Source: a virus (lineage: Duplodnaviria; Caudoviricetes). Taken from it: a stretch of DNA of 52,953 nucleotides. Location: the IMG/VR virus record IMGVR_UViG_3300031565_000046, positions 1-52,953 of that record; one strand, written 5' to 3'. The notes beneath the pieces are model-generated. The model worked only from the letters and a program-made list of their open reading frames with translations. It had not been told where the DNA came from and searched no databases. Made by a program: the position numbers and the translations under genes. Below, in pieces: positions 47,181-52,953 of this stretch. The number at the start of each line of letters is the position of its first letter. The first letter of the stretch is position 1.

Positions 47181-48479
47181 ATGAGTGAAGAAATTATTGA
47201 CAAAACACAAGTTCAAAAAGTGAGTCAAGAAGATATTGACGCTATTTTTAACATAGGTGGTGACACAGTGATGTTGCCAGATGAAGAAAAAAAACCTAAT
47301 GTTTTTAGTAACTTAGGTCCTGATACATCGTTCCTTGACAATCCTCCAGAAGAGGATAATGATACACCCCCTGCACCAGGTACGCCACCTGCAGCTGTAG
47401 ATAATCCACCAGTGGATAATCCTCCTGCCGATGACGATATACCGCCTGCACCGCCTAAGCCAACTGACTTAGATGTTTTAGCACCTCCTTCAGATGATAA
47501 TCCTCCAGCACCAGCTGATGACGATGATGAGAAGAATAAAGGTGGTAGACCAACTGCGTTTGTTGCTGCAGCTAAAAAGCTAATGGAAAAGAAGATCTTA
47601 TTACCGTTTGATGACGGAAAGAAGATTGAAGACTATAGTTCTGCTGACTGGGAAGAGTTAATTGAAGCTAATTTTAATCAACATAAACAATCTTACCAAG
47701 AAGAATTACCTGAACAATTCTTTTCAGGAATGCCTACTGAAATGCAACAAGCTTATCAGTATATAGCTAATGGTGGTACCGATTTAAAGAGTCTATTTAG
47801 AGCTATGGGTCAAGCTAATGAAATCCGTGAAATTTCAATAGATACTGAAGCGGGACAGGAATTTGCTGTTCGCTCTTACCTCCAAGCCACAGGTTACGGA
47901 ACACCTGAAGAAATAGAAGAAGAAATTGCAGCATTACAAGATAGAGGTGACTTAGAAAAGAAAGCGGCTCAGTTTAAACCAAAGTTGGATAACATGCAAC
48001 AACAAATGGTTAATCAAAGATTGATGCAGCAGGAAGCAGCTAATAAGAGAAGGCAAGAGCAATCTCAGTTATATATGGATAATGTATATAACACTCTTAA
48101 AGAAGGTAAGCTAGGTGAAGTGCCTTTAGATAATAGAACTCAAGAAATGCTTTATGCAGGATTGGTTCAACCAAATTATCAGTCACAATCAGGGAAGCAA
48201 ACAAATTTATTAGGCCACTTATTGGAAAAATACCAATGGGTTGAACCTAATCATGAATTAATAGCAGAAACATTATGGTTATTGGCTGACCCTATTGGCT
48301 ATAGAGAAAATATTAGAAAAGGCGGTAAAGAAGCCGCTACTGTTGAAACTGTAAGAAAGCTTAAAACGGAACAGCAACACTTGAGTGCAAGTAGTGCTCC
48401 TGAAGAGCAACCTCTGGATGGTGGACGTAAACGTCCGGCTATCCAAAGGCCAAAGAAAAGTTTCTTCACAAGAGATTAA
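47181..48479 (+). CDS. putative capsid scaffold protein
   Basis: Acidic Pro-rich N-terminus, helical body, located between portal and capsid. Confidence 0.65.
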   Translation: MSEEIIDKTQVQKVSQEDIDAIFNIGGDTVMLPDEEKKPNVFSNLGPDTSFLDNPPEEDNDTPPAPGTPPAAVDNPPVDNPPADDDIPPAPPKPTDLDVLAPPSDDNPPAPADDDDEKNKGGRPTAFVAAAKKLMEKKILLPFDDGKKIEDYSSADWEELIEANFNQHKQSYQEELPEQFFSGMPTEMQQAYQYIANGGTDLKSLFRAMGQANEIREISIDTEAGQEFAVRSYLQATGYGTPEEIEEEIAALQDRGDLEKKAAQFKPKLDNMQQQMVNQRLMQQEAANKRRQEQSQLYMDNVYNTLKEGKLGEVPLDNRTQEMLYAGLVQPNYQSQSGKQTNLLGHLLEKYQWVEPNHELIAETLWLLADPIGYRENIRKGGKEAATVETVRKLKTEQQHLSASSAPEEQPLDGGRKRPAIQRPKKSFFTRD

Positions 48480-48516
48480 AAATTAAAATTAATAATAACT
48501 AAAACCCAAAACAAAA

Positions 48517-50136
48517 ATGAGTACTCCAAGTTTTAACAATGGACTATTTCTGAGAGACACAAATTACAATGCGTCCTCTCATGTAGATTCATACCATTTA
48601 TCAAACATGCTGAGGGATGCAGAACCTACTGATATGGGTCCTGTTGATATCTGGGCAATGTCTCAAAAGGTAGAAATGCCTTTATATCAAATGTCTTCAT
48701 TTGGTGGTAAAAATGTAATTGAAGTAGATAACATCCGTGGTGAATGGAAGTGGCAAACTCCGGTTAGTCAAGATCTTCCATATATCATTGAAGATATTGA
48801 GCCTGCTAACATTACTAAAGGTCAGGATGGAACACCATTCAAACTTAAGTTAAACATCCGTGAATTTGGTCATGGTGATATCATCACTTATGACAAATAC
48901 AATGGAGTTGAGCTTTATATCATTCCTGAAGAAGATATTCTTCCTATGGGTGATGGTGTTATCTACACTGTACAAATAGTGAATAATGATAGCTATAAAT
49001 TCTTAGATAATAAGTTCTTAGCGAACGGTACTAAGTTTTTCAGAAAATCTTCTGCTAGAGGGGAATACGGAGAGAGATTCTCTGATATCCAAACTAGATC
49101 AGGTTTCAGAGAATTTTACAACTATGTTGGTGGTGCTGAGGCTCACGTACATTATTCTGTATCTTCTCGTGCACAATTAGCTATCAAAGGTGGATTAAAT
49201 GCTGACGGTACTATACCTGTAACAGAAATCTGGAGAAACTTTGATAAAAACATGGATCCGTCTGTGTCAAGTATTGAAAGCATGGTTGCTGTAATGGGAC
49301 AAGATTATGTGAAAAAAGCTATTGCTAATGGAAACCTTAGCAGAACTTTCTTAACATCAATGGAGTCTGCTCACTTGACTAAAATTGCTACCGATATTGA
49401 AACTTACTTAATGTGGGGTCACGGTGGTAGAGTTAGACAAGATGGACCGGATGATGTAAGATTATCAGTAGGTCTTTGGAAGCAATTAGATAACTCTTTC
49501 AAAAGAGTATATAACAAATCTAGCTTCTCTCTTGAACTGTTCAGAGCTGAATTATATAACTTCTACAATGGTAGAGTTGAATTCACTGGACCAGATCCAA
49601 AACGTCAGATTATTGTACAAACCGGTATGGGTGGTATGAGAATGGTTAACGAAGCTATCAAGCGTGAAGCTAGTGGTGCTGGATTATTAATTGAAGCTGC
49701 TGACATAGGTGCTATTACAAATAAAGGAATGAACTTAGGGTTCGGATTTGCTTACACTAGTTATGTGATCCCATTCTTAGCTAATGTTCAATTTGTAATT
49801 AATCCTGCATTTGATAATGTTCATACTAATGACATTGAGAATCCAATTATTGATGGTCATCCATTAAGTTCTTATTCTTTCATCATCTTTGATGTAACGG
49901 ATAATGCTAATGACAACATTTATTTGTTGAAATTAAAATGGGATAATCAATTGAAATGGTGGTATCAAAATGGTACTATGGACTACATGGGAAGAACTCA
50001 AGGGTTCCAATCATCAGGTCAATTCAATGGTTATAGAGTGTACATGTCTCAAACAATGCCAGCTATCTGGGTGAAAGATCCTACGAAAGTATTGAAAATT
50101 GTAATGAGAAATCCAATTACTGGAGGTTCATTCTAA
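48517..50136 (+). CDS. major capsid protein
   Basis: 539 aa, strongly biased codons, own terminator, crAss-like synteny; IWVKDPTK terminal motif. Confidence 0.85.
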   Translation: MSTPSFNNGLFLRDTNYNASSHVDSYHLSNMLRDAEPTDMGPVDIWAMSQKVEMPLYQMSSFGGKNVIEVDNIRGEWKWQTPVSQDLPYIIEDIEPANITKGQDGTPFKLKLNIREFGHGDIITYDKYNGVELYIIPEEDILPMGDGVIYTVQIVNNDSYKFLDNKFLANGTKFFRKSSARGEYGERFSDIQTRSGFREFYNYVGGAEAHVHYSVSSRAQLAIKGGLNADGTIPVTEIWRNFDKNMDPSVSSIESMVAVMGQDYVKKAIANGNLSRTFLTSMESAHLTKIATDIETYLMWGHGGRVRQDGPDDVRLSVGLWKQLDNSFKRVYNKSSFSLELFRAELYNFYNGRVEFTGPDPKRQIIVQTGMGGMRMVNEAIKREASGAGLLIEAADIGAITNKGMNLGFGFAYTSYVIPFLANVQFVINPAFDNVHTNDIENPIIDGHPLSSYSFIIFDVTDNANDNIYLLKLKWDNQLKWWYQNGTMDYMGRTQGFQSSGQFNGYRVYMSQTMPAIWVKDPTKVLKIVMRNPITGGSF

Positions 50137-50148
50137 GATGGAAAACTA

Positions 50149-50172
50149 GGGGAGCAGTGATGTTCCCCTTTT
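50149..50172 (+). terminator. intrinsic terminator after capsid gene
   Basis: ggggagca-gtga-tgttcccc-tttt. Confidence 0.7.
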
Positions 50173-50256
50173 ACCATATAAGCCGGGTAATATAAACTAT
50201 GAAGGGATTGCACCCCTTACCCGGTTCAAATAACATAAACCAATAAATTAAAAGTT

Positions 50257-51435
50257 ATGAAAGAAGATCAACCAACAATTCAATTACCAAGAAACCTTTC
50301 TGATAATGTTACTCCACCTGAAGTAACCATGAAAGAAGGGCCATCGGCTCCAGTTACAGGTATACCTGAATCAAAACCATTAGAGCCTAAAGTACCTGAG
50401 ACATTGATAAATGCAACAGAGGGTAAAGGAAAAAAGAAGAAAACAGTTCTTGACAGTATTGTAGGAGCTATTTCAATTAAGCCATATATTGATGCTACAT
50501 CTGAAAATATGGGATTAGAAAATTACGGTTATGCTGTTTATCCTGGTACTTACCAAGTTGAACAGATTGCTGCGATTGAACGTAACGGTGTTGTAAGATA
50601 TATTACAGGTTTAGATGAATTCTCACCTGAAGTACAAAATTTAGATCCTGAAAAACGAGATGCTGTTATTCACAACATTCGATTTGTTGTATCTAAGTTA
50701 GAAAAAGAATTAGCAACTAATGTTATTGATATTAATGATGAGAAATTTTGGGAAAAGGTTCAGTTATTAAAACCTAATAACCATGAATTCTGGTCACAGA
50801 TTACAATACGTGTTGGTAATGAGTCTTTGTATTTGAATCCAAAAGCAGACCCTTATGATTTAATTAAGTTAATGGCGCTTGAAGCAGGTGGATTTGATTT
50901 AATAGCAAAGAGTTATGATGATGCTATGACTAAAGCTAGACCACCAAAATGGTTCTTAGATAAAGAAGTTAATACTGTTGCTACACGTACTGAATACAAA
51001 AAACTTAAGAATAAGGCTATTGGATTGCTTGATAAGCTTTTCACTAAAGATCCTAGAAGACTTATGTATATTGCTAAAGTACTTGATGGTAATAGTACGC
51101 AATATAAAAACTCAACTCCACAAGATGTTGTTTATGACAACTTAGATGAATTCATCAATGGTAGAGGAATTGAAGGGAATAAAGAGAGAGCTGCTCAAAG
51201 TTTTATTACTGCAGTAGAATATGACATGGAAACATTAAAGCTTAAAGCTGTAGTAAGAGATGCTAGTTTCTACAAGTTTATTGTTACTAAAGCAGATGGT
51301 ATGATTTATCATAATGCTAAGAATGCATTAATGGGTAGAAATGTGAGCGATGTTGTTGAGTATTTAAAGAACCCAATTCACGAAGATGTGCTTAAGGCAT
51401 TATTGGAGGAAGTGGAGCATTATTGGAATCAATAA
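50257..51435 (+). CDS. conserved virion-module protein downstream of capsid gene
   Basis: RYITGLDE, FW...L, YLKNP motifs; synteny. Confidence 0.65.
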   Translation: MKEDQPTIQLPRNLSDNVTPPEVTMKEGPSAPVTGIPESKPLEPKVPETLINATEGKGKKKKTVLDSIVGAISIKPYIDATSENMGLENYGYAVYPGTYQVEQIAAIERNGVVRYITGLDEFSPEVQNLDPEKRDAVIHNIRFVVSKLEKELATNVIDINDEKFWEKVQLLKPNNHEFWSQITIRVGNESLYLNPKADPYDLIKLMALEAGGFDLIAKSYDDAMTKARPPKWFLDKEVNTVATRTEYKKLKNKAIGLLDKLFTKDPRRLMYIAKVLDGNSTQYKNSTPQDVVYDNLDEFINGRGIEGNKERAAQSFITAVEYDMETLKLKAVVRDASFYKFIVTKADGMIYHNAKNALMGRNVSDVVEYLKNPIHEDVLKALLEEVEHYWNQ

Positions 51436-51446
51436 ATTTATATATC

Positions 51447-51593
51447 ATGAAATGTAAAAACAAATTCCCATCAGTAGTATCTAAGCCTACTAACGCAAAT
51501 AGAAGTATGAATGCTAATGTTAAAGTTAGTACTAAACCTTCTCCAGCTAATAGAAGTTTAAATCCTGCTGCTAAAGTAAAGCCTAGTAAATAA
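51447..51593 (+). CDS. 48-aa basic repeat peptide
   Basis: MKCKNKFPSVVSKPTNANRSMNANVKVSTKPSPANRSLNPAAKVKPSK; TAATG overlap with next gene. Confidence 0.6.
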   Translation: MKCKNKFPSVVSKPTNANRSMNANVKVSTKPSPANRSLNPAAKVKPSK

Positions 51594-52300
51594 TGAATAA
51601 CAATACCATATTACTCAAGATCCAGCAAAGGCTTAATAAGCTTGCAAGTAGTGACTATGATAACATAGAACCTTGGCAAGCTATAGAGGCTTTTAACAAG
51701 GGGCAAGTTGCATGGTGCCGTAGACAGTTACACGGAAGCAATAATAAGCAAGAAGGAGATGAACAATCAAAAAGAAGGATTGATGATCTCCAAATCATTC
51801 TTACTGATGTACCGGTGACTCTTGTGAAGAAAGATGGTTTCTTTACAACGAATACGGGATTACCTGCAGACTACTTTGAATGGAAGAGAATATCTGGTAA
51901 AGCTATTGATGATTGCTGTAAAAATCCTAGAAGAATGGTCATCACATTGGTAGAAGAAGCCAATGTTGATGAGCTTCTTCGTGATAAGATGAAGCAGCCT
52001 AGTTTTGAATGGGGTGAAACCTTTTGTACATTGAAAGATGGACAGGTTAGGATTTATACTAATGATGAGTTTGCTATACCTAATGCAATCTTGTCTTATT
52101 ATAGACAACCGCGTAGAATTGAGATAACCGGTGTAGTAGATCCTTACACAGGTGTGATATCTACTGTTGATGTTTTATCTGAATTTAAAGATGATATTAA
52201 TGAATTATTTGTAGATGAGGCAGCTAAAATACTAGCTGGTGATATTGAATCATTCAATCAAGCACAGACGGCTACACAACAAGTAGAAACTAATAATTAA
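51593..52300 (+). CDS. head-tail connector / tail ring protein
   Basis: RLNKLAS.DYD, RIDDLQ.L, LPADY, YYRQP; synteny. Confidence 0.65.
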   Translation: MNNNTILLKIQQRLNKLASSDYDNIEPWQAIEAFNKGQVAWCRRQLHGSNNKQEGDEQSKRRIDDLQIILTDVPVTLVKKDGFFTTNTGLPADYFEWKRISGKAIDDCCKNPRRMVITLVEEANVDELLRDKMKQPSFEWGETFCTLKDGQVRIYTNDEFAIPNAILSYYRQPRRIEITGVVDPYTGVISTVDVLSEFKDDINELFVDEAAKILAGDIESFNQAQTATQQVETNN

Positions 52301-52308
52301 AAAAAACA

Positions 52309-52866
52309 ATGGAAACACTACAACGTACTTTAGTAAAAAGAGATACCGCAGCTTCTACACCTAGTGTTAAAGCGCCTAACCCTTTGTTATCAGCAGATTG
52401 CATGGGTTACTTAAATTATCGTATTGAACAAGAAGAATATTCTTCTAGAATTTATTTAGCCATGTCAATGTGGTTAAATAATAAAGGTTACCAAGGTGCT
52501 GCTGCATTATGGAAAAAATATTCAGACGAGGAACAAACACATGCTGATTGGGCAAGAACATATGCTTTATCATTTGGTGTACAACCAGCTACTCCAGCAT
52601 TAACTACACCTCCTCAGAATTTTTTAGGATTACCGCAAATTATCCAAATGTCTTACGACCATGAGATTGAAATTTCATCTCAAATCAAAGATATGGCATC
52701 AGATGCATTGAAAAAAAGTGATCATATCTTGTATGAGTTATGTCTTAAATACTTGAAAGAACAGGTTGAAGAGCATGATAAAATGCAAAACTGGATGGAT
52801 CAACTAGAAGCATTCGGTACAGATAAAGTTGCGTTAAGACTTTTAGATAATAAAATGGGTGAATAA
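52309..52866 (+). CDS. ferritin
   Basis: Ferroxidase ligands E(EYSS)..Y, EE..H, HE, EQVEE. Confidence 0.85.
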   Translation: METLQRTLVKRDTAASTPSVKAPNPLLSADCMGYLNYRIEQEEYSSRIYLAMSMWLNNKGYQGAAALWKKYSDEEQTHADWARTYALSFGVQPATPALTTPPQNFLGLPQIIQMSYDHEIEISSQIKDMASDALKKSDHILYELCLKYLKEQVEEHDKMQNWMDQLEAFGTDKVALRLLDNKMGE

Positions 52867-52936
52867 TTATTGCGTATGTAATAATTATTTCTTATATTAT
52901 AATTAATTATTTGTTTGTAAACTAAATTTAAAAAAA

Positions 52937-52953
52937 ATGAGTTATTTTAATCA
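52937..52953 (+). CDS. start of next structural gene (partial)
   Basis: ATG AGT TAT TTT AAT after an A-rich leader. Confidence 0.4.

Noticed and set aside
47300-47530. DNPP repeats as a DNA repeat element
   Set aside because: Low-complexity Pro/Asp linker within the scaffold protein coding sequence
42086-50136. Stop-codon reassignment as in some crAss-like phages
   Set aside because: Terminase, portal and capsid ORFs are uninterrupted in the standard code; TAG and TGA act as stops at tight gene junctions elsewhere; no clear suppressor tRNA
26376-52108. Minus-strand ORFs in the right arm (e.g. 29721-30104, 30753-31067, 46579-46875)
   Set aside because: Antisense shadows of plus-strand structural genes

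Overview
This window is a 53-kb segment of a large Bacteroidota-infecting tailed phage with a crAss-like (Crassvirales-related) gene order, using the standard genetic code. It has two divergent arms. The minus-strand arm (1-24.6 kb) holds early/middle genes: WGR-domain ATP-dependent ligase, N6-adenine and C5-cytosine methyltransferases, SF2 helicase, HNH/Zn-finger proteins, an SSB-like protein, a GHKL ATPase and many small ORFs. The plus-strand arm (25 kb to the end) holds GroES, a Tad2/DUF2829 anti-defence cluster, tail/fibre genes, holin, DUF5675 lysin, HU-like protein, PD-(D/E)XK nuclease, terminase, portal, scaffold, major capsid protein and ferritin. The most striking region is a compact candidate translation quality-control island at about 15.1-19.1 kb. 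It contains a peptide deformylase fused to an EF-Tu N-terminal (P-loop plus RGITI) segment and a SEC-C motif, a circularly permuted two-piece tmRNA with a long tag, a tRNA with an 8-nt anticodon loop, a ClpX-like ATPase lacking its GYVG pore loop and IGF loop, and a degenerate tRNA. Also notable are a 14-nt motif repeated six times upstream of leftward units (candidate phage RNAP promoter), a duplicated gene cassette, SSB-tail mimic peptides and several structured non-coding regions. All family assignments are from motif recognition by eye; no searches were run.
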